From a virus: DNA of 64,000 bases. This document shows, piece after piece, positions 28,955 through 37,988 of the stretch (position 1 is the first letter of the stretch; every line of letters starts with the position of its first letter). The notes under the pieces are model-generated. The model was given only the letters and a program-made list of their open reading frames with translations. It had not been told where the DNA came from and searched no databases. Position numbers and translations under genes: made by a program. The stretch covers positions 16,083 to 80,082 of IMG/VR virus record IMGVR_UViG_3300046516_001541; one strand, written 5' to 3'.

Positions 28955-29757
28955 GCGCCGAGCGTCCGCCGCAGCGCCTCGACAAACACTTTTTCAGCCA
29001 GCGGGCGCATGTTCGTGGTGACACATTCAGCTATGTGCAATCCAGGCTGCGGCGGCAGAATCCATTTTGCCGAACCTTCCATCATCGTCCTGAAGGTCAT
29101 ATGAGAGGAGTGACGTCCGCCGCCAGGCGTTGTGGTGTCGAAGCGCACCATCGACGCATAGATGTCCGTGGCGTGGAATTCCTTCAGCTTCGGCGCCAAT
29201 CCCGCCGGCAGGCGACCGCCCCACTGATATGAGCGCGTGGCGACGGTCCGCATTTGGCGCTGGCCGGTGACGCTGGCGTGCATCGCGGCGGGGCGCGTGC
29301 CTTGTCCGGTGACTCGAGATGGCGTGAGCTCGCGCGCTTGCGCGTAAATACTCGCCGGCATGGCCTGACCACCGTCAGCACCAGGCACATTGTGCCGAAA
29401 TGGAATGATCAGGTACTTTTTGCCGTTCTTGAACTGCCGCGTCTTCTGGCTCGTCTGGAGCATCTGCTTGAGGTCGTAGGCAGGGCGACCATTCTCGATC
29501 GCCTCATCCTGTTCGTAGATTGATTGCACCTCGGCGCTGAATGGTCCGGTCGATTTCCACGTGATGCCCGCGGCGTACTTGTCCTTTTCGCCGCTCCATA
29601 GATTCGTGCGCTGGACGGCCTCCTGCCAGTTCGATGTCATCTGCTGGGCGACAGCCCGGACGGCCTGACCGAGCAACGGGAATACTTGCTCATTTATGAT
29701 GTTCTCTGTCGCGGCCATGATGCCGGACAGATCAATCGAGATTCGGAAATCAGCCAT
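28951..29757 (-). CDS. Neck/tail-completion-type protein, inverted relative to the structural operon
   Basis: IENGRPAYDLKQML...KYLIIPFRH...TFRTM...WI.P..PG; start ATG29757 supported by its own promoter motif. Confidence 0.7.
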   Translation of the reverse strand: MADFRISIDLSGIMAATENIINEQVFPLLGQAVRAVAQQMTSNWQEAVQRTNLWSGEKDKYAAGITWKSTGPFSAEVQSIYEQDEAIENGRPAYDLKQMLQTSQKTRQFKNGKKYLIIPFRHNVPGADGGQAMPASIYAQARELTPSRVTGQGTRPAAMHASVTGQRQMRTVATRSYQWGGRLPAGLAPKLKEFHATDIYASMVRFDTTTPGGGRHSSHMTFRTMMEGSAKWILPPQPGLHIAECVTTNMRPLAEKVFVEALRRTLGA

Positions 29758-29806
29758 CCGAGCAGTATGCCGTCTCGTCTTTGAGTCGTGACAGCAGCAT
29801 GACCCC
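29758..29806. promoter_or_regulatory. Back-to-back late promoter motifs (copies 4 and 5)
   Basis: Plus: GTCGTGAC(29785)-ag-CAGCAT-gacccc-ATG29807; minus: GACGAGAC(29779)-gg-CATACT-gctcgg-ATG29757. Confidence 0.75.
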
Positions 29807-30649
29807 ATGATTAACGCGATCGCGCCGCTCGCCGTAGGGAATGCGGTCCAAATTGTCGTGGAGCTGCCGGCTACGGCAGTGCATTGGCGCATTTTGCGCA
29901 ATACGACAGGCGTCTTTCCTGCTTTCAATGATGCGCTGTCGACGCTCGTGCACGATGCGAATGACGGCGATCCATTGCAGTTTCTGGATGCCTCGAATCT
30001 GGTCAACGGTACGCTGTACTACTACCAGGGATTTTACTGGGACGGTGCAGCGTGGACCACGGACAGTGCAGCGGTCACAGTCACTCCGGCGACGACGTAT
30101 CTTGATGACAGCGCGGACGCGCAGACCGTGGTGCGTGATCGCTTGGATGTTGGTATCGCGGCGGAGATTGCTCGCGGCGCGCTCAGTCCGATTGCCGGTT
30201 TGATCAAAGTATTGTTGGCTCCTCCTGTGTTTGAGGACACGGCATTCCCCTGCATTTCAGTGCATATGAAAAACGAAGCGCCACTTAACCGAGCGCTCGG
30301 CGAAGATATCGCCAACGATCAACTCGACACTTTGACCGGCCTGTATGACGATCACGAAGGTTGGGCCGCAAAAACTCAATTGGATGTGATCGGCTGGTCG
30401 CTGAATGCAGATGAGCGCGTTCAGCTTCGGAAAGCGATTCGCCGTGTCATGGCTGCCAATCTCGGCGTATTTGATGAGGCGTTGCTACTGCAGGTCGAAT
30501 TCAGTCAGTCGGACATCGAGGATTTTTCGACCTACAATGCGCCTGTGTATGAAACCGTAGGCGTGTTCACTTGTGTGACACCGATCGCCGTGAATGTGCC
30601 AGGCCCCGCGATCACGACCGTCGACAGCACTGTCATTCCCATCAACTGA
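29807..30649 (+). CDS. Tail terminator/completion protein with N-terminal FN3-like domain
   Basis: Upstream of the sheath; LVNGTLYYYQ FN3-like motif; FPCISVH, WSLNADER. Confidence 0.65.
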   Translation: MINAIAPLAVGNAVQIVVELPATAVHWRILRNTTGVFPAFNDALSTLVHDANDGDPLQFLDASNLVNGTLYYYQGFYWDGAAWTTDSAAVTVTPATTYLDDSADAQTVVRDRLDVGIAAEIARGALSPIAGLIKVLLAPPVFEDTAFPCISVHMKNEAPLNRALGEDIANDQLDTLTGLYDDHEGWAAKTQLDVIGWSLNADERVQLRKAIRRVMAANLGVFDEALLLQVEFSQSDIEDFSTYNAPVYETVGVFTCVTPIAVNVPGPAITTVDSTVIPIN

Positions 30650-30659
30650 GGTATTTCCA

Positions 30660-30881
30660 ATGACCGGTGAAACAGCGCAAGAAGTCGCGCCAGAAACAGA
30701 GACCGAAACGACCGCCACGATTCCGCTGGGCGAGTTTTGCGCTTCACTGTCTGCGCATGACAAGCGCGTCGAGCTCATCGCCGGTTTCCATTCGGACGAG
30801 TTGCGCGAAAACCGTCTGCACGATATTGAGTCCGCGTATCACGAGCGCTTCGCAGCGTTCGCCGAACGTCCGGTAAAGTGA
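30660..30881 (+). CDS. Small hypothetical protein before the sheath
   Basis: GAGG SD before ATG30660. Confidence 0.6.
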   Translation: MTGETAQEVAPETETETTATIPLGEFCASLSAHDKRVELIAGFHSDELRENRLHDIESAYHERFAAFAERPVK

Positions 30882-30891
30882 GGGACTGACC

Positions 30892-32637
30892 ATGGCTGTC
30901 TTTTTCAATGGGCAATTGTTGGTTTCTCCGACGACGGTTTCATTCGTCAATGATGCGGCACTCGCCAATCAGAATCTGACGGTTGGCAATGTCGTGGCCA
31001 TCATCGGCGCATCCACCGGAGGCCAGCCGAATACGGGGCTCGTCTTCGGCGATCCGAATGTCGCGGCGAGCGTGCTTCAAAGCGGTGAGCTGCTCACTGC
31101 CGTGCAGAAGTGTTTCGCACCGAGCGCTGATACAGGCGGTCCCACGACGGTCATTGCCGTGCGCGTCAATCCTGCGGTGCAGGCGGCTTTGGTTCTGTCG
31201 GATGTATCACCGACACCCGTTATCAACTTGGTCTCGACCGATTACGGGCTGTATACCAACCAGATCAAAGTCAAAATCGAGACTGGTTCGACCGCTGGCA
31301 AAAAGATCACGACGCAGCTCGGAAACAATTTCTACGTTCAGGACAACATCCAGCGGCGCACCTTCCAGATCCAGTACACCGGCGGCCAAGCTACCGCGAG
31401 TATGACGATCAACGGCACGACACTTACTGTGTTCGCGCCGAATGGCACCCCTATTGCGGTCGTCGACCTCGCCACCTATCCGACTGTCGCGCAAGTTGTC
31501 GATCGACTCAATGCAGTGGCCGGTATCGTGGCATCGATTCTCGATGGCAACAACAACGCGGCTACCCTGAACGCGCTTGATTACGTGACGGCAGTCGACA
31601 TCAAAACGGCTCCGGTCACGGCGTTGGCCAACCTGCAGGCCATCGTCGACTACTTCAATGGTCTGGCCGAAGGCTTCGTTACTGCCACGCGCGTGGCGGC
31701 GGTCGGAACGCTGCCGGTGAATATCCCTTTCACGTTCCTGGCCGGCGGATCGGATGGCACGATCACGAACACACAATGGGCCAATGCGCTGACGACGCTG
31801 CAATCCGCTGCCACTCCGGCGCCTGGCGCGGTCGGCATCGATCCGCAATGGATCGTTCCGATTTCATCGGATCCGGCGATCGCCGCCATGGTCGACGCGC
31901 ATGTCCAATTCATGTCGACGATTGGCAAGAAGGAGCGCCGCGCGATTTGCGGAACGGCACTCGGCACCACGGACGCGGCAGCGATTGCGGCGGCAAAGGC
32001 GATCAACAGTGACCGCACGTCACTCGTGCATCTGGGCTACTACGATTACAACGCGGCCGGCGCGCTGACACTGTATTCCCCGTATCTCACGGCAGCTGCC
32101 GTGGCTGGGGCATTCTCAGGCGTGGGCCCAGGTACGCCGCTCACGAACAAGACGCTCAATCTGCGCGGCATCGAACGGAATCTCAAGAATCCGATCGATA
32201 CGGATCCGCTGATCCTGGGCGGCGTCTTTGCGATCGAGAATACGCCGAATGGATATAAGGTCGTCAAATCGATTTCGACGTGGTTGGTAGATACCAACTT
32301 CTATCGCGTGGAAGTCTCGACAGGCGTCGCAGGCGACTTTGTTGCGCGCAATCTGCGCAATGCGCTCGATCCTCTGCGCGGAAGCAAGAGCGATCCGTTG
32401 CTCTTGTCCCAGGCGGCCAGCCGCACGGCATCCATCTGCACGCTTCTCGCCGTCCCGGAGCCGAACGGTCCCGGTGTCTTGGTCGGAAATGCCGCCAATC
32501 CGCCATTCAAGAATATTACGGCATCGATTGTGGGAGACGTCTTGTCGGTAAGCGTGCAGGCGTCTCTCGTGATTCCCAACAACTACATTTTGATCACCAT
32601 TGCCGCTGTACCATTTAGCGGCTCGGTTTCGGCCTGA
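30892..32637 (+). CDS. Contractile tail sheath protein
   Basis: 581 aa; IIGASTGGQP, LQSGELL, FLAGGSDG, GTPLTNK, EVSTG motifs; followed by the tube gene. Confidence 0.92.
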   Translation: MAVFFNGQLLVSPTTVSFVNDAALANQNLTVGNVVAIIGASTGGQPNTGLVFGDPNVAASVLQSGELLTAVQKCFAPSADTGGPTTVIAVRVNPAVQAALVLSDVSPTPVINLVSTDYGLYTNQIKVKIETGSTAGKKITTQLGNNFYVQDNIQRRTFQIQYTGGQATASMTINGTTLTVFAPNGTPIAVVDLATYPTVAQVVDRLNAVAGIVASILDGNNNAATLNALDYVTAVDIKTAPVTALANLQAIVDYFNGLAEGFVTATRVAAVGTLPVNIPFTFLAGGSDGTITNTQWANALTTLQSAATPAPGAVGIDPQWIVPISSDPAIAAMVDAHVQFMSTIGKKERRAICGTALGTTDAAAIAAAKAINSDRTSLVHLGYYDYNAAGALTLYSPYLTAAAVAGAFSGVGPGTPLTNKTLNLRGIERNLKNPIDTDPLILGGVFAIENTPNGYKVVKSISTWLVDTNFYRVEVSTGVAGDFVARNLRNALDPLRGSKSDPLLLSQAASRTASICTLLAVPEPNGPGVLVGNAANPPFKNITASIVGDVLSVSVQASLVIPNNYILITIAAVPFSGSVSA

Positions 32638-32653
32638 TTAGGAGGCGGTAGAC

Positions 32654-33088
32654 ATGGCTCAACAGAACCTCAGAACCCGGTCAGGCAATCGAATCATCGT
32701 CACGTTTGATTCGAAGAAGATCGGGCTCATCCAGAACGTGCGCATGAGTGACGATTACGCGCCGGATCCGGCCTCGGGCATCGGCGATATCCACATACAG
32801 GAGTACGTGCCAACCGTGGCGCGGCACAATCTGAACGTGACATCCATGGTGCTGATCCGCGGCGCCATGCTGCAAGCGGGACTCATCCCGGAAAATGGCG
32901 ACGGTGCGTTGTTGGGACTCGTCTTCGACATCGAGAGCTTTGACAAGCAGACGGGCGACTTACTGCGCAAGTACACCGGTTGCTCGTATGCCAGCGGCGA
33001 TCTCGAAATCAGCAAACACACGATCGTCATGCAGTCCGGCACGTTCAATGCGCTGGATGTGAGCGGCCTGGGAGTGGGTGCGACCTGA
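32654..33088 (+). CDS. Tail tube protein
   Basis: 144 aa after the sheath; SGNRI..IGLIQ..GIGDIHIQEYV..YTGC. Confidence 0.85.
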   Translation: MAQQNLRTRSGNRIIVTFDSKKIGLIQNVRMSDDYAPDPASGIGDIHIQEYVPTVARHNLNVTSMVLIRGAMLQAGLIPENGDGALLGLVFDIESFDKQTGDLLRKYTGCSYASGDLEISKHTIVMQSGTFNALDVSGLGVGAT

Positions 33089-33453
33089 TGCCACGCGCTG
33101 CGAAAGAATCGGATTTTCCAGTCGACGTCGACGGTATCGGTCGCTTCAAATTCGCGCGTCGAGTGCAGAAAGACAGGTACTTGATCCGTACCTACTATTC
33201 CCAGATCACGAACGATCATTGGCAGGAAGACGGCACAGTTGGTGACATGGAGGCGTTCATGCACGCGACCATTCACATACTCGTGGTAGAGCAACCGCAA
33301 GGATTTTCGATCGACGAGTTGGATCCTATCCTAGACGATGGTATCCAGCAGAAGATCGAAAAGGTTTTCATGGCCTTACGCCAAAAGGAGTTGTCTTTTC
33401 GCCCGCAAACTGAGAAAGGACAGTCAGGAGAAAGCGCGGGCGCTCCTCCATAG
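33088..33453 (+). CDS. Tail assembly chaperone (G-like)
   Basis: Between tube and tape measure; starts MPRAAKESDF. Confidence 0.7.
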   Translation: MPRAAKESDFPVDVDGIGRFKFARRVQKDRYLIRTYYSQITNDHWQEDGTVGDMEAFMHATIHILVVEQPQGFSIDELDPILDDGIQQKIEKVFMALRQKELSFRPQTEKGQSGESAGAPP

Positions 33454-33661
33454 TTACGAGTGGCATTTTCGCCGTCGATACAACTTGCCACCAACTGATC
33501 CGCGATTTTTGGGCGCAACTCAGGAGGATATGGCAACAGACTATTGGGCGCATTTCTACCACGAGAATCCGAACCAAGCGACCACTGAAATCGAGGATGA
33601 GGATTTCGATCTCGAGGAAATCAGGCGCAAGGCCGAAAGCGGGGAATGGGAGGAAATCTAG
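33400..33661 (+). CDS. Tail assembly chaperone extension (T-like), probably reached by frameshift; start coordinate approximate
   Basis: Overlapping +1 frame, WHFRRRYNLPPTDPRFL, with no good independent start. Confidence 0.6.
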
Positions 33662-33664
33662 TTC

Positions 33665-35770
33665 ATGTCAATCAAGATCCCCGTCGATGCCGATGTCCGC
33701 GGCGTTCAAAAGCAGGTTGAGCAGCTCAGCAAGACCATCGAGAAGGCCAACCGCACGAAGTGGACGCCGATCGATGCGCCGGCCATTGATCGGGAGGCGC
33801 GGCGCGTACAGGAATCCTTCAAGCGCATCTATGGTGGCCAAAGCATTCAGGATGTTCGGGACGGTTACACTCCGCCACCACGGACTCAAGGCGGCCGAGG
33901 TGGCGTCGCAGGCGGCGGTGGCGGTCGTGGCGGCAATCGCGGATTCGGTCTATTTGACACGGTCGGTCGCCAGTTCACGAGCGGCGTCGGTGGCGGCTTT
34001 CAGAGCATAGGCAGCTACGCCGCTCGAGGAGCTCAGGAAGCCGGCGGCGGATTTTTCGGTGGCACCGCTGGCTTCTTGCGCGGAGGCGTCATCGGTGCCG
34101 CGGCCTTCGGCGCCTACAAACTCGGCTCGGCGGTCACTGAAGGTTATGACATGTCGAAGGACCGCGCTGGCAACGCGGACCTGCTCAAGCGTCAGATGGG
34201 GGATATCGGCGTCAGCTTTGAACGGCTGAAGTCCTACGCTGACAAATTGGCCGATGGGCTCGGCATCAATAGTAACGAGTTTATCAAGCTCGAAAGCAGC
34301 CTTCAGAAGCTCTCCCGGACCGTCGAATCGCCTGAATCGCTGGGCGCGGCTACGGCGTTAGGCGTCGGGATCTCGCGGTCATACGGTCTCGATGCGGGCG
34401 CTGGCGGCAACTTCTTGGGCGGCATGCGCAACATCGATCCGAAACAGAACAATCGCGAGCTCGCGCTGATCCTTGCCGACACGATCGCGCGCAGCGGCAT
34501 GAATGCGCGGGCCGACGAGGTCATGCAGGCGATTCTGAGTTTCACCGCGGCGACCACGCGCATGAGCCTGTCTCCTGGGAACGTCGCAGCATTCGGCAAT
34601 GCCTACGGTGGACTGCTGAGCACGCATCTGCCTGGCATGACTCCGGATACGGCTCAGGGGCTGCTCATGCAGGCAAATTCCGGCGTCATGAGCATGGGCG
34701 CCGGCGCCGGCGAGGCGGGCCGCGCATTCATGCTGTCGGCGTTCAATCGCCATGGCGTCATGAATCCCATCCAGGCGCAGGCGCTCGCCGAGGGCGGTCT
34801 CTTCGGTACCCGCGCTGGCGTTTTCGGCGGCGGCGCGATCAGTCAGTTCATGGGAGGAACCGGCGGCCTGGCGGGCGGGTCTGGCGCGAACGTCACCAAT
34901 TTCGATGCGATCAAGCAGCAGCTGGGACGGATGGGCGGCAGCAAATGGATGCAGCTCGAAGGCGCGCAGCGGCTGTTTGGCGTGCAGTCACTATCTCAGG
35001 CGGCGGCGCTGATGAATCTGAATGTAGGCCAGGGCAACGGCCTCGTGGACTTGGTCCACTCCAATGGCCTGGATATCAACAAGATCAGCGCCTCGGGCAT
35101 CTCGCGGCTGGGCGCGATCGGCGCGGCCGGCACGAATACGGGCCAGCTATCGGCGATTTTCGAGGACATGAAAAAGTCCGGCGCGCTGAGTCCGGACGAA
35201 ATCAAAACGGTCAGTTCTGCCGAGAAAGCCTCGCCGGCACAGTTCCGCGATGCGCTCGTGCAGGTTGCGGCCATGAAAGATCAGAGCGTCGATCAGGGTA
35301 GCGAGATTCGTACGCAGACGGCAATTCTCGACGACATCAAGATCAATACCGGTGACAAACTCCTGACGCCGATGATCGCCATGAGCGACACCATCGTTGC
35401 CATGGCTGGTCGCGGGCCGCAGGCGACTGGCGATAAATTGATCAACATGAAAGAGGATGAGGCAGAGCAAAAAATCCATTCAATCACCGAGGAGCGCCGG
35501 AACGCCATTCTCAATCGAGGCGATTTGACCGCGAGACAACGCTGGGAGTTGGTCGATAAGCTCCAGGCAGAGGAGAGCGCGGCCATTGCCATGCAAGAAA
35601 AAGATCGGACTGCCGCACTCCGTGGAGCACGCTCGCCGCTCGAAATCACGCTGCACAATAATGTCAATGTGAAGACATCGGACGGGAAAACAACTACGTC
35701 CTCGACGAGAACCAACATCTCGCCACCCGCTGCCTCGGGCAGCAAGAGTGTGACCATTGCAACCCATTAG
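33665..35770 (+). CDS. Tape measure protein
   Basis: 701 aa, Gly/Ala-rich and helical; follows the chaperones. Confidence 0.8.
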   Translation: MSIKIPVDADVRGVQKQVEQLSKTIEKANRTKWTPIDAPAIDREARRVQESFKRIYGGQSIQDVRDGYTPPPRTQGGRGGVAGGGGGRGGNRGFGLFDTVGRQFTSGVGGGFQSIGSYAARGAQEAGGGFFGGTAGFLRGGVIGAAAFGAYKLGSAVTEGYDMSKDRAGNADLLKRQMGDIGVSFERLKSYADKLADGLGINSNEFIKLESSLQKLSRTVESPESLGAATALGVGISRSYGLDAGAGGNFLGGMRNIDPKQNNRELALILADTIARSGMNARADEVMQAILSFTAATTRMSLSPGNVAAFGNAYGGLLSTHLPGMTPDTAQGLLMQANSGVMSMGAGAGEAGRAFMLSAFNRHGVMNPIQAQALAEGGLFGTRAGVFGGGAISQFMGGTGGLAGGSGANVTNFDAIKQQLGRMGGSKWMQLEGAQRLFGVQSLSQAAALMNLNVGQGNGLVDLVHSNGLDINKISASGISRLGAIGAAGTNTGQLSAIFEDMKKSGALSPDEIKTVSSAEKASPAQFRDALVQVAAMKDQSVDQGSEIRTQTAILDDIKINTGDKLLTPMIAMSDTIVAMAGRGPQATGDKLINMKEDEAEQKIHSITEERRNAILNRGDLTARQRWELVDKLQAEESAAIAMQEKDRTAALRGARSPLEITLHNNVNVKTSDGKTTTSSTRTNISPPAASGSKSVTIATH

Positions 35771-37235
35771 AGACAGGCATCCGGCACTGTCGGTCAAGCT
35801 GATGAAAAATGTCGGGCGCACTGCTGTGGCAGGCAGTGTTCCGGTATCCGATCGCTTCGCCGGCACGCAAAACCGAACGATCGACCTCGCGCCATTCCTC
35901 GGAGACGGGGGCGGCGTGCGCGTATCAAAGTCCGTGCGCGCGGCGGCGGGCAACTTTACGGTGCATCTCACGGACGAAATCAAGCTCGATGCTCAGGACT
36001 CTCTCTATGGTCTGATTGAGCCGATGGACGTGATCGAAATTCGGATGGCCGGCGATGCATACAAGAATCCAACGCTTCCGATCATGATGCGCGGATTCGT
36101 CGGCAGTGTGCGCCGCGTGCAGTCGATGACCATGAACGGGCAGCCGCAGCGCAGTGTCATCATCACTGGTCACGACTACGGGAAGATTTGGCAGATATTG
36201 CAGATATTCTACATGCCCAATGTCCCGTCAACCGGCAACCTGATCACGAGCTTTCCGTTCTATGCCCGGTTCGGAATCACATTCAACATTGAACAGATGG
36301 GCACGTTTGTGGGAGAGGTTTTCGACAAGATCGTCAATCCCTATATAGTCAACATGGGGGATATCGGCGGCAATGCCGACACGTCGCCATTGCTGGAAAT
36401 ACAGCAAGATATTCAGGTTCTGCACGGCAAGGTTTCACCGTATGGAATCGGCTCCTGGGGCGGCGGATCCGTCTATGACTTGTTATCCTCCTTTGGAGAT
36501 ATCAAAGCGTGGAACGAACTCTTCATCGAAGATCGCGAAGATGCACCTTATGTGGTGTATCGGCCGAATCCGTTCAAAACCGCGGACAGCAAAGAATTCA
36601 TTCAGGAAATCATTGAGGACGAGGCCCCGGCCGTCATCGATATCGATTTGACGGATGTTATCGGATATGACGTCGGTCGATCCGATGATGATGTGGCCAA
36701 CTATTTCTGGGTGGATGCGCCTCGATTCATGTTGAATTACGACGAGACGATGCGCGCGTTCGCGTATTACGGGGCGCCGGATACCTTCTTCATCCAAAAT
36801 TACGGCAACGTCGATCCGAAACTGTATGGCACACGCAAAATGCAAGTGTCAACCGATCAGGGCGGCGATGGCGAAAGCACCAATGGCAATGGCACGCCAG
36901 ACGGTGCCCCGCGGCAAGATGATCGAGATGCGCTGATCGGCTGGATGAATGAGCGCCGGCTGCAGCTCATTGCCCAGAACAAAGACAACGTCGTTTTCGA
37001 AAACGGCTCTTTCAATCTCAAAGGCAACGAGAACATTCGAGCCGGGACCTATTTGAGACTGACCCACGGCAACATGCAGTCCCTGTATTACGTGGTCGCT
37101 GTCAATCACGATTACAAGCCATTCGGTCATTTTATGACCAGCGCCCAGGTGGAACGCGGCACGGGATTTATCGACCGCGCCCAACAAGGCAGCGGCCTGG
37201 CGTCTCCATACTGGGCAGAAATCGCGCAGCCCTAA
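35757..37235 (+). CDS. Baseplate hub protein
   Basis: Follows the tape measure; MRGFV..V, ITGHDYGK, LKGNENIRAGTYL, YYVVAVNH; TTG start uncertain. Confidence 0.75.
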   Translation: MQPIRDRHPALSVKLMKNVGRTAVAGSVPVSDRFAGTQNRTIDLAPFLGDGGGVRVSKSVRAAAGNFTVHLTDEIKLDAQDSLYGLIEPMDVIEIRMAGDAYKNPTLPIMMRGFVGSVRRVQSMTMNGQPQRSVIITGHDYGKIWQILQIFYMPNVPSTGNLITSFPFYARFGITFNIEQMGTFVGEVFDKIVNPYIVNMGDIGGNADTSPLLEIQQDIQVLHGKVSPYGIGSWGGGSVYDLLSSFGDIKAWNELFIEDREDAPYVVYRPNPFKTADSKEFIQEIIEDEAPAVIDIDLTDVIGYDVGRSDDDVANYFWVDAPRFMLNYDETMRAFAYYGAPDTFFIQNYGNVDPKLYGTRKMQVSTDQGGDGESTNGNGTPDGAPRQDDRDALIGWMNERRLQLIAQNKDNVVFENGSFNLKGNENIRAGTYLRLTHGNMQSLYYVVAVNHDYKPFGHFMTSAQVERGTGFIDRAQQGSGLASPYWAEIAQP

Positions 37236-37238
37236 ACC

Positions 37239-37973
37239 ATGTTCCATTACTCAGACAGTCTGGCCATTGGGCAAGTCGTCGCGGTCTACCCGGAAGGCCA
37301 GTCGATCGATGTGCTCCTATCCGACGATGGCACGCGACTCAGCAATGTGCAGGTCATGGTACCGACCGGCAGCTCAAGTACGGGCTATGTCGATCTACCC
37401 GACCCGGGGCTACCACTAGATGACTCGAGATGGGCTTTCGCGTCCAATCCAGAGCGCACCATCCGCGCCATCATCGCGTTCTATCGACAGAACCCGGTCT
37501 GCATCGGATTCCTGTTGCCCCAGGTGACGCAGGTCACATTCAAGCGGGCGAATTTTCGCGTCGATCGACATGCCTCAGACGTCTACACCACGATCGCCGA
37601 TAACGGCGACTGCGAATTTTCGCATCCCAGCGGGATCTATTTGCGCATTGCAGTCAATCCAGCCCATGAGGATTTGACGGGGCTGGATTTCGACAAGAAA
37701 TGGGCCATCGCCAGGAACACGGGCGGCGGCGTACACGTGCACTTGGCGGGACTGGGCGGCATGACCCTCGACGTCAATCCGGCCGGTCAGGTCGCGATCG
37801 TGGCGCCACTGGTGACCATCAACGGCGTGACGATCGATGCCGGCGGCAATGTGCACACCACGGCGACCATAACGGGGGATACGGATGTGATCGCAGGCGG
37901 CATCAGCGGAAAGACGCACAAGCATGGCGGCATCACGCGCGGCGGCGCGCTCACTGATCCGCCTTCGCCGTGA
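37239..37973 (+). CDS. Baseplate central spike (gpV/gp45-like)
   Basis: N-terminal OB-like GQVVAVYP; C-terminal DVIAGGISGKTHKHGG with the HxH iron-binding tip. Confidence 0.85.
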   Translation: MFHYSDSLAIGQVVAVYPEGQSIDVLLSDDGTRLSNVQVMVPTGSSSTGYVDLPDPGLPLDDSRWAFASNPERTIRAIIAFYRQNPVCIGFLLPQVTQVTFKRANFRVDRHASDVYTTIADNGDCEFSHPSGIYLRIAVNPAHEDLTGLDFDKKWAIARNTGGGVHVHLAGLGGMTLDVNPAGQVAIVAPLVTINGVTIDAGGNVHTTATITGDTDVIAGGISGKTHKHGGITRGGALTDPPSP

Positions 37974-37988
37974 CGGTAGCCTAGTCCC
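37967..37988 (+). promoter_or_regulatory. Putative late promoter motif, copy 6 (baseplate wedge)
   Basis: GCCGTGAC-gg-TAGCCT-agtccc-ATG37989. Confidence 0.7.

Noticed and set aside
29758-30006. N-terminal extension of the inverted neck ORF
   Set aside because: It overlaps the divergent gene and promoters; ATG29757 fits the motif spacing
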